The notes under the pieces: generated by a model
What the model saw: only the letters and a program-made list of their open reading frames with translations
Databases searched by the model: none
What the model was told of the DNA's origin: nothing
In this document: one piece after another, positions 9,265-20,239 of the stretch
How the letters are laid out: each line of letters begins with the position of its first letter
Numbering within the stretch: the stretch's first letter is position 1
NCBI GenBank assembly: GCA_036379475.1
Contig: DASVGP010000206.1
Location: 9,860 to 73,859 of the forward strand
Origin: Bryobacteraceae bacterium
GTDB taxonomy: Bacteria > Acidobacteriota > Terriglobia > Bryobacterales > Bryobacteraceae
DNA: 64,000 nucleotides
Direction of reading: 5' to 3'
Translations under genes and position numbers: made by a program

Positions 9265-11192
9265 GGCCGGAAAGCGATGCGCCGCGCTGGCCGCGGCGCT
9301 TTCCCGTGGGCGGGTTTCTGGGCGTGGTCCTGGCGCTCGCCTGCGGTGTCTTGTTCCTCAAACTGTGGCTCCATTTTGCGCCGCCGCTCGAACGCTTCTA
9401 CTTTCCCGTGTATGCGAAGGGAGCGCTCCTCGGCGAGCTGCCGGCGTTACCGCTTCCGGGTCGTGCGAGGCACAGCGGGAAGCGGTTCGCAGTGGTGTTT
9501 CTGGGCCGCAAAGTTGCAACCGGCGCGCTCGTTGCGGACCGGCCGGGACCGCTCTCGATCCGCACGCTCGTACTCAGCCCGCAAAAGTTTCATTCCTGGC
9601 TTCGGAGCTACGTTTATGACGGCCAAAATCTGGCGCACGTGCTGCGCTGGCCGCTTGCCGGATTCGGCGTTTGCCTGATCGCGTTCGCGGCGACCGGGGC
9701 CTGGTTCGATAGCAAGCACGACCGCGAAGCGCGGCGCGGCCGGAGGCTGCGCGGCCCGGCTCTGATCGGCCGCTGGCGTTTCAACCGGTGCACGCGCGGC
9801 GACGGGCTGCGGTTCCGGCTCGATAACCGCCGGAACCCCCTCGAATGGCTCCAGGGCGAAGCCGGTAGATGCCTGCGCATGCGGCGCGATCGCGAGGCGC
9901 ACCACATCCAGATTGCCGGGGATACCGGCTCGGGTAAATCCACGCTCGTGCGGGAGATCCTTTATCAGATCGAGCAGCGCGGCGAGGTCGCGATTGTGTT
10001 CGATCCCGACCGGGAATATATTACCGAGTTCTTCGACGAAGGCCGTGGCGACTGGGTGCTGAATCCCAAGGACGAGCGCTGCCCCTATTGGCCCATCGGA
10101 GCCGAGGCGGACGACGAGGCCGAGGCCACACCGGTTGCGCTCGGTTTGTTTCCCGACCAGCCGACCCGGCAGCAGTTTTTCCTTTCGCACACACGAGCGA
10201 TCTTCGCCTATCTGCTCGCCACCTACCGGCCCACCGTGAAGGAACTGTCCTGGTGGATGGCGCACCCGGAAGAGATCGACAAACGGGTCGTCGGAACCGA
10301 GCACGCGCATACGCTGACCCAGAATGCGGCGCCGCAGCGCGCGGGTATTCTGGGAAGCCTCAACGAGGCAGGGAAGCCGCTGCGCATGATGCCCGCGCAG
10401 TCCCCAACCCCCTCCAATGACCGGCGCATCTGGACCGTGCGCGAGTGGGCGGAGAAGCGCTGCGGCTGGATTTTTATTACCTCGACGCCCGATACCATCG
10501 ACGCTCTCCGGCCGCTCCAAAGCCTGTGGCTCGACATGCTGATTCTGAAGTTGCAGGCATCGACGAGGCGGCCCGGCCAGGCGCGCGTGTGGATGGTTCT
10601 CGACGAGCTCGCCTCGCTCAATGCACTGCCGCAGTTGCATAGCGCCTTGACCAAGCAGCGGAAATCCGATAACCCCATCGTGCTCGGGTTCCAGGGCATG
10701 AGCCAGCTCGATGCGTTGTACGGCAAAAGAGCCGAGACAATCTTGAGCCAGGCCTTCACCAATATCGTGCTGCGCACGAGGGAGGCACGTGCGGCAAAGC
10801 ACCTGAGCGAGCTGATGGGGAAGGCGCAATTGGAGCGCATCCGGGAGAGCCACCCGGCGCAGCTCTTCGAGCGGCATCACCGGTCGTATTCAACGGAGCG
10901 GGTGATCGATCCGGTGGTGATGGAATCGGAAATCCAGACGCTCGACGACCTGCACGGCTATTTCGTCCAGCAGGACAAAATCGTCGCGATCCGGTTCCAC
11001 CCGAGGCCGAAGCGGAGGCGCGCGAAGGATCTCGTCGAGCGGATCATTCCGCCGGTTGAGACCCGGCTGGTTGCGCCGGAAATAACGGAGGATCCCAAAC
11101 CCCCAGCACCGCCCCGAGCGGCCCAGCCCGCACGCAAAAAAGCGGCGCCGCAGACGGTGCAGACCGAGATGGGAATGGACATTTTCGGCTAA
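9261..11192 (+). CDS. Type IV coupling protein (TraD/TrwB/VirD4 family)
   Basis: N-terminal TM helices, Walker A IAGDTGSGKST, Walker B VWMVLDELASL. Immediately upstream of the relaxase. Confidence 0.85.
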   Translation: MRPESDAPRWPRRFPVGGFLGVVLALACGVLFLKLWLHFAPPLERFYFPVYAKGALLGELPALPLPGRARHSGKRFAVVFLGRKVATGALVADRPGPLSIRTLVLSPQKFHSWLRSYVYDGQNLAHVLRWPLAGFGVCLIAFAATGAWFDSKHDREARRGRRLRGPALIGRWRFNRCTRGDGLRFRLDNRRNPLEWLQGEAGRCLRMRRDREAHHIQIAGDTGSGKSTLVREILYQIEQRGEVAIVFDPDREYITEFFDEGRGDWVLNPKDERCPYWPIGAEADDEAEATPVALGLFPDQPTRQQFFLSHTRAIFAYLLATYRPTVKELSWWMAHPEEIDKRVVGTEHAHTLTQNAAPQRAGILGSLNEAGKPLRMMPAQSPTPSNDRRIWTVREWAEKRCGWIFITSTPDTIDALRPLQSLWLDMLILKLQASTRRPGQARVWMVLDELASLNALPQLHSALTKQRKSDNPIVLGFQGMSQLDALYGKRAETILSQAFTNIVLRTREARAAKHLSELMGKAQLERIRESHPAQLFERHHRSYSTERVIDPVVMESEIQTLDDLHGYFVQQDKIVAIRFHPRPKRRRAKDLVERIIPPVETRLVAPEITEDPKPPAPPRAAQPARKKAAPQTVQTEMGMDIFG

Positions 11193-11198
11193 CGTTCT

Positions 11199-13901
11199 AT
11201 GCTCGATATCTCGAAACCGCTCACGAGCGGCAAAGTGCAAAGCTATTACCGGTCCGAGTATTCCGCCGCGTCGAATTCCTATTTCACGCACGGCGGCACG
11301 CTGCGCGGCGAGTGGCACGGCGAGCTTGCCGGCGTGCTGAAATTATCGACCGAAGTCACGGCGGAGGCCTTCGACCGATTGTCCGAAGGCCAGCACCCTC
11401 AAAGCGGCGAGCAGCTCGTCCGGCACCGGGAAACGATCAAGACCCGAGCGGGCGAAGAGGTGGGCCACCGCGCCGGCTGGGATCTCACGTTTAACGCCCC
11501 CAAGACCGTGAGCCTGACGGCATTGGTGGGCGAGGATGAGCGTGTGCGCGAGGCGCACCGCCAAGCGGTCCGCACGGCGCTCGATGCTACAGAAAAATAC
11601 GTTCAGGCCCGCATGGGCGGAATCCATCCGGCCGAGACCACCGGCAAATGGATTGCCGCCACCTTCGAGCACGATACGGCGAGACCGGTGGACGGCTACC
11701 CGGCGCCGCATCTGCACACGCATGTCGTGGTCTTCAACCTGACCGAGGATGCCACCGGCCAGGCCCGCTCGTTGCAACCTTACGAGTTGTTCAAGATCCA
11801 ATCCATGTCCACCGCGGTCTATCAGAACGAGCTCGAGTACCGGCTGCGGCAGCTTGGTTACAAGATCGCGCCTGGAACCAATCACGCGCCCGATATCAAA
11901 GGCTATTCCGCCGAGTATCTTGCGGCGGAAAGCCAGCGCTCCGCGCAGATCTACCGCGAAATGGAAGAGCGCGGCCAAACCGGCCGCGAGCAGCGCGTAC
12001 AACTGGCGCACCAGAACCGCGACGAGAAATTGAAGCTCACCCCGGACGAGCTTCGGGCCTTGCATAAGCGGAGTGCAGAAGAATTTGGGAACCAGCCCGC
12101 GCATCTGGTGGCCGAAGCCGCCGCGCGGTATCGCCGCGAAGTATCGGAAGAGAAAGCCCAGAGCCGGGCACAATCTGCGGTGTCCTTTGCACGCGACCGA
12201 TTATCCGAGCGCAGCGCGGTGTTCGAGCATTTCGAAACCATCCGCGATGCGCTCCGGCACACGCAAGGGAAGGCGCGGCTGGCCGATATCGAGGCTGAGC
12301 TGGTGCGGCAACATGAGCAGGGAAGATTCCTGCAGGTGGATCATGTCCGGCCCCATGCGCCGGGGGCGCGCTACACCACACCCGAGCTAGTGGCGATGGA
12401 GCGCGAAACCATCGAGCGCGTCCGCGCGGCGCAGGAACAAGTGCGACCGGTTGCCGGCATCGATTATACCGTCGTGATGAGCCGGTACGGCGACCAATTG
12501 AACGAGGAGCAACGGCGGTTAGTGTACGAGGCTCTAACTACACGCGATCAAATCTTCGGGATTCAAGGCGGTGCCGGGACCGGCAAAACGACCGCGCTCC
12601 GCGCGGTGCGCGAGCTTGCCGAAGAGCACGGCTACCAAACAGTCGGCCTCGGCCCCACATCCAAAGCGGCGAAAGTCTTAGGAGAAGCCGGGATGGAAGC
12701 CGAGACGATGCAAGCGTATTTGACACGAGGCCGGCAAGCCCAGGAAGATTCCCGGCCGCGGCTGTTCTTTGTGGATGAATCGAGTCTCGCCTCCAGCAAG
12801 CAGATGCGGGATTTTCTGCAAACTGTTCAACCGCAAGGCCGCGTACTCTTGATCGGCGACACGCGCCAGCACCAATCAGTTGAAGCCGGGCGGATCTTCG
12901 AGGAATTGCAGCAAGCCGGAATGCAGGTTTCGACGTTGAGCAAAATCGTGCGGCAGAAAGACGAGAGTCTGAAGCAAGTTGTTGAGGCAATGGCGGCCGG
13001 CAGAGTCGCCGATGGCGTGGACTTGCTCATCGAACGGAACCGTGTCCATGAGATTGCGCACCGGGAAGAACGCTTCGAAGCCATTGCGCGCGCCTATACC
13101 GCGAGACCCGAGGGAACGCTTGTCATCTCTCCCGATAACCAGTCGCGCCAGGAGTTGAACGCGGCGATCCGCGCGGAGCTGCGCCGGGACGGGCAGCTTG
13201 CCGCGGATGCATATCGGATGCCCATCCTCGTGAACCGCCAGGAGATCACCGGAGCCGACCGGGGCGTCGCCGCCTCCTACCGGGTGGGCGATGTCGTCCG
13301 CTATCTCCGGGGCAGCGAAGCGCTGGGAATCGAAGCCAAGAGCTACGCGACGGTGATCGATACGGACGACGAACAGAACCGGATTACGGTGAAAAAAAGC
13401 GATGGCCAGTTCGTCGCCTACGATCCGGAGCGGCTGCGTGGTGTCACGCTATATGAGCCTCAGATCCGGGCTTTCGCCGAAGGCGAGCGGGTGCAGTTCA
13501 CGAGTCCCTGGAAAGAGCAGGGCGTGAGCAACCGCGATTTCGGCACGATTACGCAGCTCGACGAAAATGGCAACGTCCGCGTGAAGCTGGACGGCTCCGA
13601 ACGGACCGTAAGCTGGAATCTGAACCGCAACCAACATCTCGACTATGCCTACGCGATGACCTCCCATTCGTCCCAAGGCGCAACAGTCGACCAAGTGTTC
13701 ATCCACGTAGACACCGCCGACAGCCGCACCCGATCGTTGGTGAACGACACGCTTGCCTACGTCGCGACCTCCCGGCCGCGCTACGACGCCCAGATCTTCA
13801 CCGACGATGCCGGCCAGCTCGGGAAGGCGCTTTCCCGCAGCCACGAAAACGCCACCGCACTTCGGCCGGAGCAAATTCAAAGCTATGCGATGGGGATGTA
13901 G
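11199..13901 (+). CDS. traI: MOBF conjugative relaxase-helicase (TrwC/TraI family)
   Basis: N-terminal Tyr cluster (QSYYRSEY), histidine triad HDTARPVDGYPAPHLHTHVVVFN, and a central RecD-like helicase P-loop IQGGAGTGKTT. Confidence 0.92.
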   Translation: MLDISKPLTSGKVQSYYRSEYSAASNSYFTHGGTLRGEWHGELAGVLKLSTEVTAEAFDRLSEGQHPQSGEQLVRHRETIKTRAGEEVGHRAGWDLTFNAPKTVSLTALVGEDERVREAHRQAVRTALDATEKYVQARMGGIHPAETTGKWIAATFEHDTARPVDGYPAPHLHTHVVVFNLTEDATGQARSLQPYELFKIQSMSTAVYQNELEYRLRQLGYKIAPGTNHAPDIKGYSAEYLAAESQRSAQIYREMEERGQTGREQRVQLAHQNRDEKLKLTPDELRALHKRSAEEFGNQPAHLVAEAAARYRREVSEEKAQSRAQSAVSFARDRLSERSAVFEHFETIRDALRHTQGKARLADIEAELVRQHEQGRFLQVDHVRPHAPGARYTTPELVAMERETIERVRAAQEQVRPVAGIDYTVVMSRYGDQLNEEQRRLVYEALTTRDQIFGIQGGAGTGKTTALRAVRELAEEHGYQTVGLGPTSKAAKVLGEAGMEAETMQAYLTRGRQAQEDSRPRLFFVDESSLASSKQMRDFLQTVQPQGRVLLIGDTRQHQSVEAGRIFEELQQAGMQVSTLSKIVRQKDESLKQVVEAMAAGRVADGVDLLIERNRVHEIAHREERFEAIARAYTARPEGTLVISPDNQSRQELNAAIRAELRRDGQLAADAYRMPILVNRQEITGADRGVAASYRVGDVVRYLRGSEALGIEAKSYATVIDTDDEQNRITVKKSDGQFVAYDPERLRGVTLYEPQIRAFAEGERVQFTSPWKEQGVSNRDFGTITQLDENGNVRVKLDGSERTVSWNLNRNQHLDYAYAMTSHSSQGATVDQVFIHVDTADSRTRSLVNDTLAYVATSRPRYDAQIFTDDAGQLGKALSRSHENATALRPEQIQSYAMGM

Positions 13902-14186
13902 CGAATGCCGCTCAGAACCATCCTTCCGTTTTCTGCAGGCCAGAGGTCTTCGAAGCAACGATCGAGAAGGTAAGAAACATTTCTATGCGCTTATTTCCAC
14001 TCATTCTTTTCGGGGCGCTTGCCGTCGCGCTTTCGGCGGACACGCTGGTTTTGAAAATCCGCGCCGCGGCTCCAAGGGAACTTATCGCGGAGGCCTGCAC
14101 GCGAAGGCTTACAATAATCTTGCCGGTAAAACGGAAACGACTCCAGTCCTGCCGAGGGATAGACGGACGGCTCGCGTAGAGACGGT

Positions 14187-14873
14187 ATGACAACATTCTT
14201 TAAGCAATATGGGGTACGCAGAACAGGTACAAACGCGTTACGAGCACTTCTAGCTCTTAATTGTCCAGATGCAGTGGTACTGATGCACCTACTTGGAGAT
14301 AAACACAGTCCTCCCTCTCCCGAGCTAGTAGCTCTGATCGCAAACAGAGATACCACCTGGTCTTTGGCACTAGATCACGTGCTTGCTGCCACTTTTGAAC
14401 GCTCTACTATGGCTATCAATCCCCACTCCTTTGAGCCAGTAGAGTACGGCAGACTGCATGCTCATGAGGTTGTCAAAGCAATAGCAAAGCAAGAGTTTGG
14501 CTATCTCATCTCCATCAGAGATTCATACATTTGGGCGAGCAGCCTTTTCCGGTTTCTTCACTGGCCACCCAACGACACGCTAAGCTCTATCCAGTTAGCC
14601 GCCTCCTGTACGGTGCTGGATCACCTTTGTAGAGACTATAATCGTTGTTATCGAGCGTGGTTCGCTCTTCAGGATATTACCACCAACCTTGTGGTCGTTC
14701 GACAGGAGGATCTGGTGATAGATCCCGAAGCGGTGATAGGCATAATAGCTGACCGCTTCCAACTGCACCAGCACAATCCGTGGCGTCCCTTGCTGGGGCA
14801 GATTCAGGCGACGTGGTGGGATTATATGCCTATGGTTACTGCGATCGATAGCCACAATGCGGTATACGCCTAA
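14187..14873 (+). CDS. Sulfotransferase-like protein
   Basis: PAPS 5'-phosphosulfate-binding-like YGVRRTGTNALRALL near the N-terminus, 3'-phosphate-like ISIRDSYIWASS, and VVVRQEDLVIDPEAV. First gene of an AT-richer island. Confidence 0.55.
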   Translation: MTTFFKQYGVRRTGTNALRALLALNCPDAVVLMHLLGDKHSPPSPELVALIANRDTTWSLALDHVLAATFERSTMAINPHSFEPVEYGRLHAHEVVKAIAKQEFGYLISIRDSYIWASSLFRFLHWPPNDTLSSIQLAASCTVLDHLCRDYNRCYRAWFALQDITTNLVVVRQEDLVIDPEAVIGIIADRFQLHQHNPWRPLLGQIQATWWDYMPMVTAIDSHNAVYA

Positions 14874-15015
14874 CACTTTACGTAAAGAGCAGCGCGCGGT
14901 GATAACACGGGCAATCGAGTGGACACCGTTACAGGGACTACACTACGCTCTTGGTACACCGTAGGTAACTGCTATTAAGAACACATCTCATAAAACCATT
15001 TGTGTGTGAGAATGT

Positions 15016-15250
15016 TTGGAGACGGCACGGCACCACCCCCGAGATTTGAGCGACGAGCAGTGGGAGATTCTGGAGCCTTTGATTCCGGAGCCGCAGCGCC
15101 GGAAGGACGGCAGAGGCCGTCCGTGGCGGGATCGGCGCGAGGTGCTGAACGGAATTCTTTATATTCTCCGTACCGGCGCGCCTTGGGCGGATCTGCCCAA
15201 GCGCCATCCGCCTTATCAAACGTGCCATCGGCGCTTCCAGCAATGGGGTG
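15016..15250 (+). pseudogene. IS5-family transposase, N-terminal fragment only
   Basis: [68 protein letters not shown] is the typical IS5/DUF4096 N-terminus. No catalytic DDE part follows. Confidence 0.8.
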
Positions 15251-15280
15251 AAATCGGGCGTAATGCGCGGCATACTGGAA

Positions 15281-15560
15281 GCGCTCGTGTACGACGCGTA
15301 TTTCAACGATGATTGGCGGATTACCCCGGATTTCAGCCTGAATGCCGGCGTGCGCTGGGAGTACGGCGCACCGATTACGGAACTCTATAACCGCCTGGTG
15401 AATTTGGACATTGGTCCGGGATTTTCGGCGGCTGCGCCGGTTCTGGCGAGCGATCCGATTGGGCCGCTTACCGGCCAGTATTATCCGACTCGCTGCTCCG
15501 TTCCGACAAAGCTGGCTTTGAGCCACGAGTGGGCATTGCGTGGCGTCCGCTTGCTGCCTC
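15281..15560 (+). pseudogene. TonB-dependent receptor, C-terminal fragment with frameshift
   Basis: [40 protein letters not shown] in one frame continues as YPDSLLRSDKAGFEPRVGIAWRPL in another. Abuts the IS5 fragment. Confidence 0.7.
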
Positions 15561-15916
15561 GGTGGGTGTGACGGTACTGCTGCTCGTATCCCCTTGGCAT
15601 TCCATCCAAAAGCCCGACGAACTCACACTGGGCTGCACGGCGTGCCTAACTAATTCCATTCGACCTCTTCGGCAAGCCGTTCGGCGGCGATCTGTTCGGG
15701 TATTTACTGGATTGCTTTCGGACAATCGGCGTGGATACAGCCCTGGACGACACCCCGCGCTCACGAATCCTTTATGCCACCGCATAGTGTCCAGCTTCAC
15801 AAAATGTGTAAGCTGCCGACGTCAAAAGTCGGCCCGATTAGCCATTATCCTTATAGAGGGCGGCGGGTCACACACTGGCCACACTGCGATTCAGATGGCC
15901 CGCGGCCCTATAATAT

Positions 15917-16963
15917 GTGAGATGGTTGGTATTGAACTCTGTGAATATCTACTACGAGCTATCCCCTTACCAGAGCCACCGCCGAGTTGGCAACGTTTAT
16001 CGCGACTCCCTGGGCCAGCAACATCGGCTGGTGAACAAGGTCGAAGATGCCGCAGTTGTTATACTCCATCTTGAACCACACAACTATGGGAAGATATACG
16101 AAACATATCCATGCCTTGCAACCAAGTATGTCATCGCTTACTGCGTATGGGAAGCTAGTCACCTACCTAATACATACGTCGCTTCTATTAAAATGGTGCA
16201 GGAGGTGTGGACCTGTTCGGAATACTGTCTGGACATCTTCGCGCGAGAACATCGCAAGGTTACTTACATACCACACGTGATCGAGCGATCCACCGGGTGT
16301 ACAGAAAACGATATGAGTACAGTTAGGCAACTCATTGGCTATGATCCGACGTTGATGTACTTTCTGTGTATTACGAAACTCTGGGATAAGCGCAAAAATA
16401 CCAAGTGTCTGTCCAGAGTATTTGAGACGTTAAGCGCAGAGCTACCGAATGCGCGACTTATCATAAAGTCAAGTGGGGATTATATACCCCCAGAGAATGC
16501 GCCTTCTAACATAATATATGTATCAAAGCACATCACTGAAGGTCAGTTGAACGCACTATTTCGGCTTTCAGATGCGTATGTCAGCGCACATCATTCCGAG
16601 GGCTGGGGGCTGTCAATGTCAGACGCAATGCTATTTGGGATCCCAGTAATTGCAACTGCATACTCGGGGAACCTCGAGTTCATGAACGAAGCAAACTCTT
16701 TCCTCGTAAAGGCGCAAGAAACGCATATTGCCGAAAGCGATTGCTTCGGCAAGTTTGATCACACGATGCGGTGGGCAGAGCCTGACCGCGAAGAGCTTCG
16801 CAAGGCAATTACATTCGTCGCAACTCACTATGACGGACCGCTCGTTCGGGGCCGAGTCGTACAGGCTAAACGAAGCATCGAGCAATTTAACCGCGCTTGC
16901 GTTAGTGGAATGATGTTCAATAGGCTCCGCCAGATTGAGGCTGAAAGGCGGCGGGTCCCGTGA
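15917..16963 (+). CDS. Glycosyltransferase, GT-B fold (GT1/GT4 family)
   Basis: C-terminal signature SAHHSEGWGLSMSDAMLFGIPVIATAYSGNLEFMNEANSFLV (E-x7-E type). Confidence 0.8.
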   Translation: MRWLVLNSVNIYYELSPYQSHRRVGNVYRDSLGQQHRLVNKVEDAAVVILHLEPHNYGKIYETYPCLATKYVIAYCVWEASHLPNTYVASIKMVQEVWTCSEYCLDIFAREHRKVTYIPHVIERSTGCTENDMSTVRQLIGYDPTLMYFLCITKLWDKRKNTKCLSRVFETLSAELPNARLIIKSSGDYIPPENAPSNIIYVSKHITEGQLNALFRLSDAYVSAHHSEGWGLSMSDAMLFGIPVIATAYSGNLEFMNEANSFLVKAQETHIAESDCFGKFDHTMRWAEPDREELRKAITFVATHYDGPLVRGRVVQAKRSIEQFNRACVSGMMFNRLRQIEAERRRVP

Positions 16964-17910
16964 GGCCGGATGTCAATTGGCAATCTACGCCCGGCGCAAA
17001 CACAGCGGGCGGCGCGGGCTCAGTGGTATTGTCGATCTCTTAGATTCCCATCTTTGATATGGCGAGTGAGCGTCTCCCGGGTTGGCGTAAAACCACGGGA
17101 TTGCTTCGCGGCACAGGAGGGGGCATTGACTAAGCCGCGAAGGCATATCAGGGCCGCCCCGTGAGCCAAATAGAACCGAACGTCGGCGGTCGTCGGAAGC
17201 GATTCCGGCACCAGCGGCGAACGCGCTACTGCTGGCCCAGAGGGGCGCGAGCGGAGTTCATCCCCTGGCAAGCGCGCCATGGTCATTGTGGCGCGGGTTG
17301 CCAGAGTGCGGCGTGGGCGTGGTGGAAGGCGCAGCAGAGATGCCGCAATCACGTCCACCGCAGAACGGCAACCCCCAACGGGTGCCACCGAAAGCTGGTG
17401 ACGAACTGCAAGGCAGCAGAAAAGGAACGGGATAATCATGGTCGTTCCGGCGTTCCAAATGTTGCGGGGGCCCTGAACCGTGTGCCCCTACGGATACTGG
17501 CCAAAATCTCGCCCTTTACCCCGCCCCGCAATGAGTCGTGTACCTGATGGGTTAGGAGCACATGCAATGGCTTTGGAGTGCTGCCCCACCTCATGCCAGA
17601 TGAAACGGGATTTCCGTTCAAGTAAACGCTCGACAGGGCATTTTCAATCGAATCCCGGGAGACTGCATTGCTGCTATCGCTCACAAACGAAATACGGTAT
17701 TCTTGGGGGTTGGGAATGCTCGGACGAGTTGCATGTACTCTCCTCGTCTTTCTTAAGCAAAGGCGAGATCTTGTTTCCGGCGGCGAAGGCATCGATCGCG
17801 GGAGTCGCAACTCACGCGTGCGTCACAACGGAACAGGCTGCAGAGCCTATACGCCAGCTCACAGTCACGGTGCTGGCCGGAGGGCTCATGGTTGGGATGA
17901 TTAGGCTCTC

Positions 17911-19377
17911 ATGTCATTACGGTCCATCATATTGCTTAGTTGTCGAAGTCCATTTCTTGATGATAGCAAGGTTTACTGTCCACTAGCTAACTTATATCTG
18001 AAGGCATGGCTCAACAATCATCTGAGGAATGTACACGTGGTACTAGGTGACGATGAATACGACCTTCAGGACTTGGATTCTCTAGAACCGTTCGACGCGA
18101 TTGGTATCAGCATCATGACTCCACAGCGGCACGAAGCCGTGGCACTAGCTCGCGCGATCAAACGACGCTGGCCCTCTAAGGTTATCATTGCCGGTGGCCC
18201 GCATGTGCGCCACTACGAGGATACACTTGCGAAGGAATTGTCGTTGGATTATCTGGTCCCGATGGATGGCGAGCGGGCACTGGAAGGTATCTTAGATGGT
18301 CGAGTTACAAATCGCGTGGTGCGTGATGTGCTTACGCGGGCGGACATCGAGAAGCAGCCCAGGCCGGACCGCAGCAGCGACCAGGCCGTCCAACTCCTGC
18401 ACCGGTATCGCTACTACTTGGGAGATCGGGAAGCTACGACCATGATGACGGCGCGGGGTTGCCCAGAGCAGTGCGCGTTTTGCGAAGAGGCGATGACCTC
18501 GGTGCGGCGTACTAGCGTCTCTAATGTGAATGGCGAGATATCCGACATCGCCGCGCTGGGATATAGGGCAGTTTACATCTTTGATGACCTCTTCGCGTTA
18601 TCGCTCAGCCTTATCCGCCCTGTTTGCTCCATTCTAAAGCAATACGATCTCATGTACCGGTGCAATATCCAAGCACGCTATTTTACGAGATGGGGTGATG
18701 AGATGGCTCGCATGTTGGCCGACTCTGGTTGTTATGAGGTTGCCTTCGGGGCAGAGTCCGGCAGTCAAAAAATCTTGAACAATGTACGGAAGCGCTGCAC
18801 AACGGAACAAAACTTCCAAACCGTAGAGTATGCCAAACGTTTCGGCATTAAAGTGAAGGCTTTCATTCTTTTGGGGTTACCAGGGGAAGATCAACAGACA
18901 TTGCGTGAGACGGAAGCCTTCGTCCGAAATTCCGGGTGCGATGACTATCAGTTCGCTGTTTACATGCCCTTCCGTGGTACCGCGATTCGTGACGCGATCG
19001 AAGGTGGCGAGGCTAAAATGGATCTCGCGATCGTGCCTGGTGGGTCGGACGGTGAAGTGACAGGTGCATATGGGGTAAACGGAGGAGAAACGGCTTATGA
19101 GGTTCGCACTGCAGCGCTTTCGGAAGCCGAGCTTCACCAATTTCGTGACTATCTTGTGACAACATACAGACCGGCTAGCCATCAGGCCCGTTGGCGGGAG
19201 AACCAAGACCACTTTTTCGAGTTAGCGTTCACGTCCGCCTCGGAGCGGCGATCTGGACAGACATTGGTCCCTGTACTGCCCAGCAGCAACATAACACAGC
19301 CATTCGCCCCGACAACTACCGGCAAGAATGTTGAATGCTCCGCCGCGTCGTGCCTTGAATATCACGATGAGACCTGA
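17911..19377 (+). CDS. B12-binding-domain radical SAM enzyme
   Basis: N-terminal Rossmann-like cobalamin domain (FDAIGISIMTPQ...VIIAGGPHV) and a CxxxCxxC cluster in TARGCPEQCAFCEE. Confidence 0.85.
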   Translation: MSLRSIILLSCRSPFLDDSKVYCPLANLYLKAWLNNHLRNVHVVLGDDEYDLQDLDSLEPFDAIGISIMTPQRHEAVALARAIKRRWPSKVIIAGGPHVRHYEDTLAKELSLDYLVPMDGERALEGILDGRVTNRVVRDVLTRADIEKQPRPDRSSDQAVQLLHRYRYYLGDREATTMMTARGCPEQCAFCEEAMTSVRRTSVSNVNGEISDIAALGYRAVYIFDDLFALSLSLIRPVCSILKQYDLMYRCNIQARYFTRWGDEMARMLADSGCYEVAFGAESGSQKILNNVRKRCTTEQNFQTVEYAKRFGIKVKAFILLGLPGEDQQTLRETEAFVRNSGCDDYQFAVYMPFRGTAIRDAIEGGEAKMDLAIVPGGSDGEVTGAYGVNGGETAYEVRTAALSEAELHQFRDYLVTTYRPASHQARWRENQDHFFELAFTSASERRSGQTLVPVLPSSNITQPFAPTTTGKNVECSAASCLEYHDET

Positions 19378-20239
19378 TGGCTACAGTTTTTGTATTCTTG
19401 CGGGCGGTAGGCGCCCCAGGAAGCTCGCCCAGTTAATTGAGACTATTCACGCACAGGATCTACCGCGATACGAAATTATCGTTGCTGGTGCTGCTGAGGT
19501 TGAAGGAGTAAAATACATATCTCTGCCGGATTATGCGGCGGGTGGGCTCACATGCCATCTGCGCAACGCCGCCGCCCAACATAGCACGTTAGAATGGATC
19601 GTTTTCGTCGATGACGATATCGTTCTTACGCGGAAGTGGTGTGCGGCTCTATGCAATCATCACTCCCCAGGGGATATGGTCGGGACTCGCCTGCTTAACC
19701 TTGATGGCACTCGTCACTGGGACTGGGCCAGCACGGGCGGCCCTCGTGGTCAAATTCTGCTCGACTACGGAGAAGTGGACCAGCACCACTACCTTACGGG
19801 CGGTCTGCTCGTTGTGAGGGCGAAAGTTTGGGAAGCGGTTCGTTGGAACGAGGCACTCAGGTACCGGCAGAAAGAAGATGTGGTCTACTCTCGCGATGCC
19901 TATAAACGTGGGTTCACCAGCTCCTTTTGCGGTGGAGCTATCGCAATTCATAATGACGAGACTTATACACAGGTTGGTCGGCGAGTACCACGCCGCAGCC
20001 CAGAAGGTGCCCGCATTTGGATGGCGGGAAGCTTGCTGCCAGCGTCGGTAGAGTACCTAGTCGCCAGATCGGAGGAGGAGAAAAGGAGGTCCAGAATCCC
20101 GGAGGCCGCTGACTGTCTCCGACTCGCCATCCACAAGTCTCCGGGTTGCGTCGAGGCGCAAGCCGGCCTAGCTGCTCTGGAACTAGCGTACGATGGGCCA
20201 GTCGATTCCGGTTCCTGGCAACCGAGCCCGGCGATCTGA
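19367..20239 (+). CDS. GT-A-fold (family 2-like) glycosyltransferase
   Basis: ATG at 19367 overlaps the radical SAM stop by 11 nt. YSFCILAGGRRP...YEIIVAG...WIVFVDDDIVL contains a DxD motif. Confidence 0.5.
   Translation: MRPDGYSFCILAGGRRPRKLAQLIETIHAQDLPRYEIIVAGAAEVEGVKYISLPDYAAGGLTCHLRNAAAQHSTLEWIVFVDDDIVLTRKWCAALCNHHSPGDMVGTRLLNLDGTRHWDWASTGGPRGQILLDYGEVDQHHYLTGGLLVVRAKVWEAVRWNEALRYRQKEDVVYSRDAYKRGFTSSFCGGAIAIHNDETYTQVGRRVPRRSPEGARIWMAGSLLPASVEYLVARSEEEKRRSRIPEAADCLRLAIHKSPGCVEAQAGLAALELAYDGPVDSGSWQPSPAI

Noticed and set aside
13985-14179. 64-aa ORF with a signal-peptide-like start (MRLFPLILFGALAVALSADTLVLK...)
   Set aside because: It looks like the N-terminal stub of a secreted protein at the backbone/island junction, and the rest of the ORF is not protein-like.
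16964-17910. ORFs of 120-170 aa on both strands between the GT1 and the radical SAM gene
   Set aside because: No recognisable motifs, mutually overlapping, and odd composition. Probably decayed sequence. I looked for a Cys/Ser-rich small ORF here and found none convincing.
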